This document shows positions 30,853-40,214 of a DNA stretch of 64,000 bases, one piece after another. The number at the start of each line of letters is the position of its first letter. The stretch's first letter is position 1. A model generated the notes under the pieces. That model saw only the letters and a program-made list of their open reading frames with translations. It searched no databases and was not told the DNA's origin. Source of the DNA: an uncultured virus (IMG/VR IMGVR_UViG_3300044643_002701). Lineage: Duplodnaviria > Heunggongvirae > Uroviricota > Caudoviricetes. The stretch is from IMG/VR virus record IMGVR_UViG_3300044643_002701. One strand, written 5' to 3'. Made by a program: the position numbers and the translations under genes.

Positions 30853-31751
30853 ACCTAGTAGAATTGTTAAAAAATGCTGGCTGTAAACCAAAGAGCCACG
30901 GCACATATTTAACATGCACGGCTAAATACCGTGGTGGAGATGACCCAACTTCTGTTGCGGTTTATCTTCAAACAAATACTGTTCATGATTTTGTTACAAG
31001 CAAAACAATGTCTCTTGAGGAGTTTTTGAAAAAGACTTTAAACTTAAAGTCACATGAGCAATTAGATAAAATAATCAATGGAACGAAAGAATACTATTCT
31101 TCTTGCTTTTCTGCTGTAGACAACGATGATCCGTTTAGCAAAACAGTAAAATATTATTCAAGTGATGACATGTTATCATTAAAAGACGAACATTCCTACT
31201 GGAATGGCAGAGGCATAGGTAGCGAAATCTTAAAAACATTTCAAAGTGGAACATGCTATACTGGCAAAATGAAGAATAGATATGTATTTCCAATCTTTAA
31301 TTCTAGAAAAAAAATAGAAGGATTTTCTGGACGAGATATCTCTGGAGCTTCTAAAATTAAGTGGAAGCATATTGGTAAAAAAAATGATTGGGCGTATCCA
31401 TTGGTTTTTAGTCATAAGTATATAACAGATAAAAACGAAATAATTTTAACTGAAAGCATAGGAGATATGTTGTCGCTATGGAGGTCTGGTATAAAAAACA
31501 CAGGAATAACATTCGGCACTGATATAGGAACTGGTTTAATAAAAGCAATATTGCGCCTAGATCCAAAAAGTATTATCATTGCAACTAATAATGATGCAAA
31601 CCAAGCTGGACAAAATGCGGCAAAGGGAATCAAAACAAAATTAATGGAGTTTTTTGATGATAACCAGATTAAAATTTCCCACCCTATTAAAAATGATTTT
31701 GGAGAACAAGATGATCAAGAAAACTTACTTTGGTACAATAATTTAAAATAA
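30849..31751 (+). CDS. dnaG: DNA primase (Toprim) with degenerate zinc-binding domain
   Basis: NRYVFPI, GFSGR, LTESIGD, ATNND. Confidence 0.8.
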   Translation: MNLVELLKNAGCKPKSHGTYLTCTAKYRGGDDPTSVAVYLQTNTVHDFVTSKTMSLEEFLKKTLNLKSHEQLDKIINGTKEYYSSCFSAVDNDDPFSKTVKYYSSDDMLSLKDEHSYWNGRGIGSEILKTFQSGTCYTGKMKNRYVFPIFNSRKKIEGFSGRDISGASKIKWKHIGKKNDWAYPLVFSHKYITDKNEIILTESIGDMLSLWRSGIKNTGITFGTDIGTGLIKAILRLDPKSIIIATNNDANQAGQNAAKGIKTKLMEFFDDNQIKISHPIKNDFGEQDDQENLLWYNNLK

Positions 31752-31752
31752 T

Positions 31753-32238
31753 ATGAACTGGACAGAATACTACATGCGCCACCAATATCTGGCATCCGAA
31801 AAAAGCAAAGATCCAAGTACCAAGATTGGTGCTGTATTGGTTCGTGGTGATAATATTGTATCTATTGGTTATAATGGCTTCCCAAGAGGAATTAATGATT
31901 CTCCAGACAGGCTCAATAACAGAGAAGAAAAGTATTTCTATGTTGTACATGCTGAAGCCAACGCAATTTTAAATGCGGCAAGAAACGGCATCGCAACAAA
32001 AGGTGCCATACTTTACACCTCTGGTATGCCATGTAATGAGTGTGCTAAAGCCATTATTCAAGCAGGAGTTCAAACTGTTTATCTTCATAAACAATACCCT
32101 AGCCTGTCACATGGAAAATGGTCAAAGTCTGTAAGCAAGGCAGAAGAGATGTTTCACGAAGCTGGCGTCTTTGTTACAGAGTTAAATCAGGAACTCAATA
32201 TTAACTGCATAATTAACGGAGAAACAGTTAGCGTATGA
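31753..32238 (+). CDS. dCMP deaminase
   Basis: SKDPSTKIGA, GYNG, HAEANA, PCNEC. Confidence 0.9.
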   Translation: MNWTEYYMRHQYLASEKSKDPSTKIGAVLVRGDNIVSIGYNGFPRGINDSPDRLNNREEKYFYVVHAEANAILNAARNGIATKGAILYTSGMPCNECAKAIIQAGVQTVYLHKQYPSLSHGKWSKSVSKAEEMFHEAGVFVTELNQELNINCIINGETVSV

Positions 32239-33236
32239 GCGAAGAACTTGTAAGGCTATCTGCAAGCCGAATTAAAACTTTGCAGTCATGCAGTTGGAGT
32301 TACTATGCAAACTATGTACTAAAATTACCTCAGACAAATAATTCTGGAGCAATGCGCGGAACCATTGCACACTTAATATTTGAAATTCTGTCCAATGCAA
32401 GACATCACAAATACGTAAAAAAAATTGTTAAAAAGAACACATGCCAAGCAGTTCCCAGTGTATGGCGTTTAATATTTAAAACTGCAAAAAAAATCGGCCT
32501 AGATTTAGACGAGATGGTTAAACCACTGAAAAAAGAGCCAGAAATTACTAATTTAAAGTGCATAGATGAAATGATTCTAGTTGGATTAGAATTTGATTTC
32601 ATGGACATTAATGGCTTTATTGGTAGTGAGTGGGCATTTGACATCGTGAATGAAAGCCCAAAGTATCGTATAGTTGGATTCGTAGATAGGCTAGTAAAAG
32701 AAAAGGATGGAAGATTAACGGTTAGGGATTATAAAAGCAGCAAAAAACCATTTGATGCAGAAGAACTTGAAAGCAATCTTCAAAGCATGATGTACACACT
32801 TGCCCTAAAGAAGAAGTATCCAAATGAATATAAAGAAATTGTTGCGAAGTTTCTTTTTTTAAGATACCCAAAAGATCCAGAAAAGTCCTCTCCAGTTTTT
32901 TCTGATATAGAACTAGAAGGATTTGAACATTATCTTGAGCATATATCAAAATATTTACAAAACTTTAATGATGAACATGCAAAAACTAATTTTGCAAAGC
33001 ATGACTTTAGTAAGAAGTGGATGTGCAAAACAAAATCTGGCTGGAAGTGCCCATACTTGGAGCCAATATCCTACAAGGTTTTAGTTGATAAAGATAAAAA
33101 AATAATTAAATCAGTGTTCGCAACGCAAGAAATAGATCCAGAAGATATTAAAGAAGGATTCACGATTGAAAACCGTGAATACTCAGGATGTCCAGCTTGG
33201 GAAGTCAAAAAGCAGAAAGATGCATTTGACTTTTAA
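32235..33236 (+). CDS. PD-(D/E)XK Cas4/AddB-like exonuclease
   Basis: LSASRI..C, GTIAH, GFVDRL, DYKS, QxxxY, C-terminal Cys cluster. Confidence 0.8.
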   Translation: MSEELVRLSASRIKTLQSCSWSYYANYVLKLPQTNNSGAMRGTIAHLIFEILSNARHHKYVKKIVKKNTCQAVPSVWRLIFKTAKKIGLDLDEMVKPLKKEPEITNLKCIDEMILVGLEFDFMDINGFIGSEWAFDIVNESPKYRIVGFVDRLVKEKDGRLTVRDYKSSKKPFDAEELESNLQSMMYTLALKKKYPNEYKEIVAKFLFLRYPKDPEKSSPVFSDIELEGFEHYLEHISKYLQNFNDEHAKTNFAKHDFSKKWMCKTKSGWKCPYLEPISYKVLVDKDKKIIKSVFATQEIDPEDIKEGFTIENREYSGCPAWEVKKQKDAFDF

Positions 33237-33254
33237 ATAAAATACTGTTAATAT
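33226..33254 (+). promoter_or_regulatory. sigma70 promoter, leaderless position
   Basis: TTGACT-N17-TAATAT with extended TGn; ATG 33261 is 7 nt after the -10. Confidence 0.7.
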
Positions 33255-33260
33255 CAGAGT

Positions 33261-33821
33261 ATGCAATATATCTGCGTAAATCAAATCAACGAACATGGTC
33301 TCAGGAAGTTTCGCCAAGAATTTTGGAATATAGATAGAAACACAGATCAGCCAATCATACCAATAGTTATTGATTGTTATGGTGGTGAAGTATATTCAGT
33401 ATTGGGAATGGTGAGCATTATAAAAAGCACCGAGAAGCAGGTTTGCACTATTGTTGACTCCAAGGCCATGAGTGCCGCCGCCATCTTGTTAAGCTGCGGA
33501 ACCAAGGGGTTGAGATTCGCAAGTGAATATGCTCATATCATGGTACATGAAGTGCTAACCGGAACTGGACAAACGAAAGTGAGTGATGTCAATATTGATA
33601 CAAATCATGCACTCGCTTTAAATAAGCAGTTATTTTCAATTCTCGACAAGAACTGTGGCAAGACAAGCGGCTTCTTCTACAAGGCAGTAGAGAGCAACAA
33701 GAATAGTAATCTATACCTAAACGCTAAACAGGCAAAGAAATTTGGTATTATTGATCATATCGACAGCCCAAGGCTAAATATCTCCAGAGAGTATTCAATA
33801 TCTACTTTAACTAATCAGTAA
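33261..33821 (+). CDS. clpP: ClpP-like protease
   Basis: IDCYGGEV, AMSAAAIL (catalytic Ser), IMVHE, YLNAKQAKKFGIID. Confidence 0.8.
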   Translation: MQYICVNQINEHGLRKFRQEFWNIDRNTDQPIIPIVIDCYGGEVYSVLGMVSIIKSTEKQVCTIVDSKAMSAAAILLSCGTKGLRFASEYAHIMVHEVLTGTGQTKVSDVNIDTNHALALNKQLFSILDKNCGKTSGFFYKAVESNKNSNLYLNAKQAKKFGIIDHIDSPRLNISREYSISTLTNQ

Positions 33822-34568
33822 ATGATTCCAATATTCAGATCCAATTATTCGTTGACCTCAATCCTGACTTTGGATAAGGCAACGAAGACCAGTGAAAGAA
33901 AGAAAAATCGCGCAGATTCTATTTTTGACATTTGTAATGATCAGGGTCTTGAAGAAGTATTTATTGCTGATAACAATCTGAGTGGAATGGTAGAGGCGTA
34001 TGAAAACGCCTCCAGCGCTGGTTTAAACTTGCGCTATGGATTCAGAGTCAGCGTTTGTAATAACATTGAAGATAAAACAGACGCATCCATACAAACAGAG
34101 GGTAAATTAATTATCTTCGCCAAGAAGGAAAACTTTACGGACTTGGTGAAACTTCATAATGTCGCCAATACTGTCGGCAGTTTCAATGGTAAACCTAGGC
34201 TTGATTATAATATTCTAAAAAAGAATTGGAGCAAGAACCTATTAATGTTAATACCATTTTATGATTCATTTATATTCAATAATTTATTGCATGGCCATTG
34301 CTGTATTCCAGATATTGATTTTGCAAATCCTTACATTTCAATAGAAAATAATAACTTGCCATTTGACAATACTATTAAGAAACAAATACAATCAAATATA
34401 AAATACGATCAGATTGAAAGCAAAACTATCTACTACAAGAACAGGTCTGATTTTAATGCTTATATGACTTATAGATGTATTTTAAATAGAACAAACTTTC
34501 AAAAGCCAGAATTGGCGCACTTTGGAAGCAGGGAATTCTGTATGGAGGCAATAAACAATGCAAGATAA
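33822..34568 (+). CDS. Stand-alone, degenerate PHP domain of DNA polymerase III alpha
   Basis: SNYSL, IADNNLSGMVE..A..GL..RYG, IIFAK..LVKL, PRLD match the DnaE PHP layout; metal-binding His residues missing. Confidence 0.7.
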   Translation: MIPIFRSNYSLTSILTLDKATKTSERKKNRADSIFDICNDQGLEEVFIADNNLSGMVEAYENASSAGLNLRYGFRVSVCNNIEDKTDASIQTEGKLIIFAKKENFTDLVKLHNVANTVGSFNGKPRLDYNILKKNWSKNLLMLIPFYDSFIFNNLLHGHCCIPDIDFANPYISIENNNLPFDNTIKKQIQSNIKYDQIESKTIYYKNRSDFNAYMTYRCILNRTNFQKPELAHFGSREFCMEAINNAR

Positions 34569-35190
34569 TCTTTTACGTTTTCAGTCAAAGCAAAAATATT
34601 TAGTATTTGACACAGAGACAGAAAGTCTAAACCTCGCAAACTCAAGGCCTTGGCAATTAAGCTGGTCTATTGCGGAGGGTAATAAAATCATTAAAAATGA
34701 AGATAGATTCGTTTATTGGGACGATCTAAAAATGTCTGATGGTGCCGCAAAGATAACGCGCTTCGATAGAGCCGCTTGGGCTAAAAAAGCGGAAGATCCT
34801 AAAAAGGTTGTTACTGATTTTGATAAATATCTTTATAATAAAGATTATATAATTATTGGCGCAAACCTGCTTGGTTTCGATGTTTATCAACACAATAACT
34901 TAAGAAGGGCAGTAGGGCTACAGACAGATTATTCTTATGTAGATAGAATTCTTGATGTACAATCAATACAAAAGAGTATATACTTGGGTCTTAAATCAAT
35001 ACCAGAAGATCGTTCTGGTTGGAATTTCCAAATGCAAAACTTTAGACAGCGAGGACTCAAAACATCGGTAAAACATCTTTCTAGCGTATATGAAATACCA
35101 TACGATGAAAATCGTGCGCACGATGCTATTTACGATAACGAGCTAGTGTTTTCTATTTTTAAAAAACAAATTTTTTCAATTGAAGTATGA
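34558..35190 (+). CDS. DEDDh 3'-5' exonuclease (DnaQ-like)
   Basis: VFDTETE, GANLLGFD, AHDAIYD. Confidence 0.85.
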   Translation: MQDNLLRFQSKQKYLVFDTETESLNLANSRPWQLSWSIAEGNKIIKNEDRFVYWDDLKMSDGAAKITRFDRAAWAKKAEDPKKVVTDFDKYLYNKDYIIIGANLLGFDVYQHNNLRRAVGLQTDYSYVDRILDVQSIQKSIYLGLKSIPEDRSGWNFQMQNFRQRGLKTSVKHLSSVYEIPYDENRAHDAIYDNELVFSIFKKQIFSIEV

Positions 35191-37724
35191 GCGATAAATT
35201 TCTTAAAGAATTCGGCACAATAAAGATTGACAACGTAAACCTTGTCCGTCTTCCTAGTATTAATCTTACCGATGAAGAAAAGACAGTTATTAAAAAATCT
35301 GTAACCAATAATGATGAATTCTTACAACAACTGATCAACAAGGGTTGGGTTTCCTTTAGAGATAAGGTAGACAAGACTCTGTGGCCTACATATATTGAAA
35401 GACTACAAGAAGAATTCTCTATTGTTCAGGAACTTGGATTCGTCGATTATTTTCTATTAGTTTGGAGAGTAATTAACAAAGCCAGACAAATGGGGGCGTT
35501 CATTGATTGGGGGCGTGGTAGTGCCGCTGGTAGTTTGATATTCTTTTTAATTGGTGTTACTGGAGTTGATCCAATAGATAAGAAACTATTCTTTACAAGG
35601 TTCATTTCCAAAGTAAGAGCAAAAAAAGAAATTATTGATGGGGTTACATATATACAGGGAGACTTGGCACCAGATGTTGACATTAACTTGGGTGGAGTTA
35701 GGGAAGAGATAATTGAGTGGCTTAAATCATGCTATCCAAACAAGGTTGCCAAAATTTCAGCACTATCAACTTTCTCTGGTAAGATTCTAGTTAAAGATGT
35801 TTTTAAGATAGTAAACGAGGCCACCGAAGAAATGGCTTCTGATCTTGCCGATACTATTGGAAAAGCATTTGGAGTAGTTGAAGATATTGAAGATTCTTAC
35901 AAGAATAGTGAAAAATTTAAAGAATGGGCAGACTCATATCCAGAGTCTTATGAGATAGCTTTAAAATTACGTGACTTAATTCGTGGAAAATCCACACATG
36001 CAAGTGGGTACTTTATTTCTTATTATCCATTAAATGAATTTATTCCTATTGAATTAAACAAGGAAGGAGAGACAAGTATTTCATACGAAATGAATACGGC
36101 GGCGAAATTTGGTATTAAACTAGATCTTCTTGGCCTAACAAGTAATGAAATCATTAAGGATATATTTGAGAATATTCCGGAAACAATTAATGATATTGAA
36201 CTTGATACAAATATCGACGTTTACAAGCACTTGCAGAGTGACAATCTAAAGCCTTATGGTCTTTATCAAATTAGTGCGGATTGTGCTTACCGTGTTTGCC
36301 AGAAAATTAAACCAGCAAACATTCAAGAACTTAGCGATGTGAACGCAATAGCAAGACCCGGCGCGTTGGCATATGAAGATAAGTATGTTTGCATGTCTGG
36401 TGAGCCACCACATGAAAAATTAAGAGAGGTGTTCGCAGAAAGCAGGAACCTACCTCTTTATCAAGAACAGCTTATTCAAAGTCTTGTTGCCGTAGGATTT
36501 TCTGCGGATGAGGGCGAAATCATTCGTCGAGTTATTGGAAAAAAGAAGAGAGATGAAATGCCGAAGTGGAAAGACAAGGTTTTCGAAACATGCAAAAATA
36601 ATGGCTTTGGTGAACAAGTTGCAGAAGCTATCTGGAAAGTTTGTAGTGATTCCGCCGATTATAGTTTCAATAAGTCTCACTCGATGGCTACTGCATATTT
36701 GGGCGCATTAACCGTATATCTTAAATACAAATACCCATTACAATTCTTTACGGCATGCTTAAATGCAAGCCAAAGACTTCCTGAGCCAATGGAGGAAATT
36801 AGAAAAATACAACAAGAGTTGCCATATTTTAAAATCAACTTACTTCCACCGCACTTGCTTAAGTCTGATATGAAATTTACGATTGATGGGAATAATATTC
36901 GTTATGGTCTAAGTGCAATCAAAGGCGTTTCAGATAGCGCTATGGAAAAACTAATTAAATTTCGTGGAGAATATGACAGCAAGGTTGATTGTTTCGTTGC
37001 CGCCAAACAGGCAGGGCTAAATATTGGCGTATTATCTTCGTTAATACAGGCGGGAGCCTTAGATGAATTAGACACCAAAAGAACTAGACTTGTTCTTGAG
37101 GCACAAACTTACAATCTATTAACAGATCGTGAAAAACGTCTAGTTAAAGATATACATGATCAGACTGAAAATAAAGACGTTCTTTCAATTATAAAGTTTT
37201 TGAATGAAAAAGCCCAAATCAAAGACAGTAGGTTCGAAACTATTAAGGGCAAGTACAATACTTACAAAGACATCTATACTCTAAATAGCAGAAATGAAGA
37301 GGTTACAAACTACTTCTACGAACGTAACTGCCTAGGTTTTAGCTACAGTCAGAACTTAACAAAGCTTTTTAAAAAGAAAAACGCTGAATTTAATACGGTT
37401 GAATACATTAAAGAAAACAAAAAAGAAAATGATAAGGTGCTTATTGTGGGACAAGTGCTTGAATGCAAACAGTCCAAATCCAAGAATGGTAATAAATTCT
37501 ATAAAGCGGTAGTTGCAGATGACACGGGAACAATTACTTGTTTACTATTTGATGGCAAGCAAGGCTTGTTAGATGAGTGCAAGCATGACAATGGTGGAAT
37601 ACTACCAGAAGAAGATGATATTGTTGCTATAAAGGGTAGATTTAAGGGTAACGATGCGATTTTCGCAGACAAGATAATAAAGCAAGACTGTAAAATATAT
37701 AAGAACATGCGTGACTTGAAATAA
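35187..37724 (+). CDS. dnaE: DNA polymerase III alpha catalytic core lacking a PHP domain
   Basis: GRGSAAGS, PDVD, HASG, KLDLLGL, ARPG, YQEQ, YSFNKSH, IRYGLSAIKGV, C-terminal OB fold. Confidence 0.92.
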   Translation: MSDKFLKEFGTIKIDNVNLVRLPSINLTDEEKTVIKKSVTNNDEFLQQLINKGWVSFRDKVDKTLWPTYIERLQEEFSIVQELGFVDYFLLVWRVINKARQMGAFIDWGRGSAAGSLIFFLIGVTGVDPIDKKLFFTRFISKVRAKKEIIDGVTYIQGDLAPDVDINLGGVREEIIEWLKSCYPNKVAKISALSTFSGKILVKDVFKIVNEATEEMASDLADTIGKAFGVVEDIEDSYKNSEKFKEWADSYPESYEIALKLRDLIRGKSTHASGYFISYYPLNEFIPIELNKEGETSISYEMNTAAKFGIKLDLLGLTSNEIIKDIFENIPETINDIELDTNIDVYKHLQSDNLKPYGLYQISADCAYRVCQKIKPANIQELSDVNAIARPGALAYEDKYVCMSGEPPHEKLREVFAESRNLPLYQEQLIQSLVAVGFSADEGEIIRRVIGKKKRDEMPKWKDKVFETCKNNGFGEQVAEAIWKVCSDSADYSFNKSHSMATAYLGALTVYLKYKYPLQFFTACLNASQRLPEPMEEIRKIQQELPYFKINLLPPHLLKSDMKFTIDGNNIRYGLSAIKGVSDSAMEKLIKFRGEYDSKVDCFVAAKQAGLNIGVLSSLIQAGALDELDTKRTRLVLEAQTYNLLTDREKRLVKDIHDQTENKDVLSIIKFLNEKAQIKDSRFETIKGKYNTYKDIYTLNSRNEEVTNYFYERNCLGFSYSQNLTKLFKKKNAEFNTVEYIKENKKENDKVLIVGQVLECKQSKSKNGNKFYKAVVADDTGTITCLLFDGKQGLLDECKHDNGGILPEEDDIVAIKGRFKGNDAIFADKIIKQDCKIYKNMRDLK

Positions 37725-37776
37725 ATATTGATTTTATTAATTAAAAGTGTAATAATATATTACAAGACAATTATAT

Positions 37777-38169
37777 ATGAAGATCAATACAGAAATCAAA
37801 GCGTCCGAAGCAACTGGAGCGTTTTGCGCTACATTACTAAACGCTGCTACTGTAGCTCATATATTACATTTTCAGACCCGCAGTTTTTCACATCACGAGG
37901 CTTTAGGTGATTTATACGAAGGGTTGCCAGATTTTATAGATTCAATCGTTGAGGCATTTCAGGGAAAGACACAGTCCTTACTTCAATTTCCAGCACAATC
38001 AGTAACTACTCCAGCCAATGCCTTAGATTTTGTTATTTCACTAAACAGTTACTTATCATCCAATAGATATGTAGCATTCTCTGATAAGGACACGGAAATT
38101 CAGAATATTATAGATGAAATCGTAGTTCTTTTAGAGAAAACCATTTACAAATTAACATTCCTAGCCTAA
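37777..38169 (+). CDS. Ferritin/Dps-like protein (DUF5856-like)
   Basis: HILHFQTRSFSHHEALGDLYE..DSIVEAFQGK..NIIDEI..YKL. Confidence 0.7.
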   Translation: MKINTEIKASEATGAFCATLLNAATVAHILHFQTRSFSHHEALGDLYEGLPDFIDSIVEAFQGKTQSLLQFPAQSVTTPANALDFVISLNSYLSSNRYVAFSDKDTEIQNIIDEIVVLLEKTIYKLTFLA

Positions 38170-38176
38170 TAACCTT

Positions 38177-39007
38177 ATGCCACTACCAAAGCCCAAAAAT
38201 CAAGAAAAACGTTCGGAATTTGTATCTCGTTGTATTGGCGACGACCAAACAGCAAAAGACTTTCCAGATCAGAAGCAAAGAATTGCTATTTGCTATACAC
38301 AGTGGGAATCTGCAAAGAAAGAGGCAACTGCCATAGTAGGTAGTGGAGATAACGAGGTCTTGTTTTCCGCCCAAAAAACTTATGGCGGCAAAAAGCGTAG
38401 CGAATTAAAGAATAGCGATTTTCTTTACCCAAATGAAAGAAGCTTCCCTATCGTAACGCCAGCCGACGTTCAAGACGCTGTTAGTAGTTTTGGACGTAGC
38501 AAGGGAAAAGATTACAACGATTTCAAGCGTAGACTAGTAAGAAAAGTAAGATCAAAGGGCGCGGACTTCGTAAAAGCCCTTCCAAAGTCAATTAAAGACG
38601 AATATAAAATCAAAGCATCGGAAGATAGCATTGAGGACTATCAAAGCGAATTCTTTGGCATGTCATTATCCTCATTAAAATCAATTAAATCTAGGGTTGA
38701 TGCTATTTTGGCCGCAGTAGAAGTTGACGAAAATGTTAAATACAACCTAACAGAACCTTGGCTACAGGGAAAGATTGCTGTTATTGATGATAATCTTAAG
38801 GGTGTTGCTGATTACATACTATTTACGGATGAATCCGAGGAAAGCGAATCTGAATCTGAAACAGAAAATGACGACATGATGGATACAGAAGATTCGAATG
38901 AAATGGAAAACGAGTCCGAAGAAGAGACCGAGAACGAGTCGGAAGAAGACACTGAAGATGAAACAGGAGACCAAATGGGAAGTTCTCTTGGCATAAGCAA
39001 TCTATAA
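38177..39007 (+). CDS. Modular phage protein, possibly head-internal, with acidic tail
   Basis: MPLPKP..FVSRC..QRIAICY module; SELKNSDF..RSFPI module; Asp/Glu-rich C-terminus. Confidence 0.5.
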   Translation: MPLPKPKNQEKRSEFVSRCIGDDQTAKDFPDQKQRIAICYTQWESAKKEATAIVGSGDNEVLFSAQKTYGGKKRSELKNSDFLYPNERSFPIVTPADVQDAVSSFGRSKGKDYNDFKRRLVRKVRSKGADFVKALPKSIKDEYKIKASEDSIEDYQSEFFGMSLSSLKSIKSRVDAILAAVEVDENVKYNLTEPWLQGKIAVIDDNLKGVADYILFTDESEESESESETENDDMMDTEDSNEMENESEEETENESEEDTEDETGDQMGSSLGISNL

Positions 39008-39019
39008 TCATTACTAATA

Positions 39020-39616
39020 ATGAGCATTAAATCGCAAATCCATAATAAAGAATTAATATTTGTTGTTAGTTTTTGCGATGATTGCGAGGAAAATTTTAGT
39101 AACGATCTAGCTGCAGAAGAGCTTACTGCTGATAATCTTTATATTCCAGAAGAGAGCGAGTACGTAAGCAGGGAAGAAATTGCTTTTGACGAAGCAAGTA
39201 TTCTTGAATATGACATTGCAAAAGAAAGGCCCGGACTTTGGGAAAATATAAGACGTAAGAAAAAAAGGGAAGGCAAAAATTATAAACCAGCTAAAGTTGG
39301 AGATAAAGACCGTCCTTCTCCAGATGCTTGGAAAAAAGCTCAGGGTGCCGAATATCAAGGTCAAAAGGTCACATTAAACAGGCCATTCAGAACTCCAAAA
39401 GGCCCAAAAAAATTTGCAGTATATACCAAAAACCAAGGTGGCAATGTTGTTATTGTAAGATTTGGTGATCCAAATATGGAAATCAAGCGCGACAATCCTC
39501 AGCGTAGAAAAAATTTTAGATCAAGACATAATTGCAATAACCCCGGCCCAAAATGGAAGGCAAGGTATTGGTCTTGCCAGTGGTCTTGGTCTCCTAACAA
39601 AGGCGTTGGGGCATAA
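39020..39616 (+). CDS. Modular phage protein (DUF6321-like basic domain)
   Basis: PGLWENIR..; AEYQG..KKFAVY..RFGDPNM..RRKNFRSRHNC..ARYWSC. Confidence 0.55.
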   Translation: MSIKSQIHNKELIFVVSFCDDCEENFSNDLAAEELTADNLYIPEESEYVSREEIAFDEASILEYDIAKERPGLWENIRRKKKREGKNYKPAKVGDKDRPSPDAWKKAQGAEYQGQKVTLNRPFRTPKGPKKFAVYTKNQGGNVVIVRFGDPNMEIKRDNPQRRKNFRSRHNCNNPGPKWKARYWSCQWSWSPNKGVGA

Positions 39617-39622
39617 TATAGA

Positions 39623-39651
39623 TTGACATAGTATTAATTTTGTTTTATACT
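39623..39651 (+). promoter_or_regulatory. sigma70 promoter, leaderless position
   Basis: TTGACA-N17-TATACT; ATG 39659. Confidence 0.75.
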
Positions 39652-39658
39652 TAACAGT

Positions 39659-39943
39659 ATGAATGCATTATGGACAATTGAAGGATGTGACTGGCAGGAA
39701 CATTTGGTTGCGCCAATAGATTCGAACCCTATAGAAATAGCAACTAGAGCGTTAGAATCCATACTTGATAATAATATGTATGACAACGAACTCTCCCTTG
39801 GTATGATCATAATGATCACGCATGATAAGATGAAATCCATAGACGAAACATTTGTTTGCTACATGCCCACGATTTTGGCAAATGCAGGATATTACACTGA
39901 ATCCGATAACCTTCAGAAAAAGATTGACCTAGTTCTAAAATAG
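39659..39943 (+). CDS. Hypothetical protein
   Basis: 94 aa with its own promoter. Confidence 0.55.
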   Translation: MNALWTIEGCDWQEHLVAPIDSNPIEIATRALESILDNNMYDNELSLGMIIMITHDKMKSIDETFVCYMPTILANAGYYTESDNLQKKIDLVLK

Positions 39944-39958
39944 CAATATTCTTATCTC

Positions 39959-40213
39959 ATGAAAAAAATTACCGTATTGGCGCTCATGAGTCTTGCAAAC
40001 CTTGCTATTGCTTCTGACATCAAACCAACAGAATATAGACAGGTTACAATTATTGGTATTGGTAACAACTCTTTTAATGCTTGTAACGATGCAAATAATA
40101 GGGCGTTTAATAGTAAAAAAGTTTTTGTAGGAACTCCTAATGTAGATCTTCGGCCCCTACCGAACGGTGGCTATATCTCTATTATTACTAGAACAGAAAA
40201 AGTAACACATTGA
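39959..40213 (+). CDS. Small exported protein
   Basis: Signal peptide MKKITVLALMSLANLAIA; promoter TTGACC-N17-TATTCT at 39924-39952. Confidence 0.55.
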   Translation: MKKITVLALMSLANLAIASDIKPTEYRQVTIIGIGNNSFNACNDANNRAFNSKKVFVGTPNVDLRPLPNGGYISIITRTEKVTH

Positions 40214-40214
40214 T

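Noticed and set aside
32235..33236. Cas4 as part of a CRISPR-Cas system
   Set aside because: No other cas genes or array; stand-alone Cas4-like nucleases are common in phage replication modules.
33822..37724. Split-intein or intron explanation for the fragmented DnaE
   Set aside because: No intein N-terminal or HN-C/S/T motifs at the ORF ends and no intervening non-coding sequence; the inserted gene is a DEDDh exonuclease, not a homing endonuclease.
38830..38975. Tandem repeat
   Set aside because: Low-complexity Glu/Asp/Ser-rich coding tail (two AACGAGTC copies), not a separate element.
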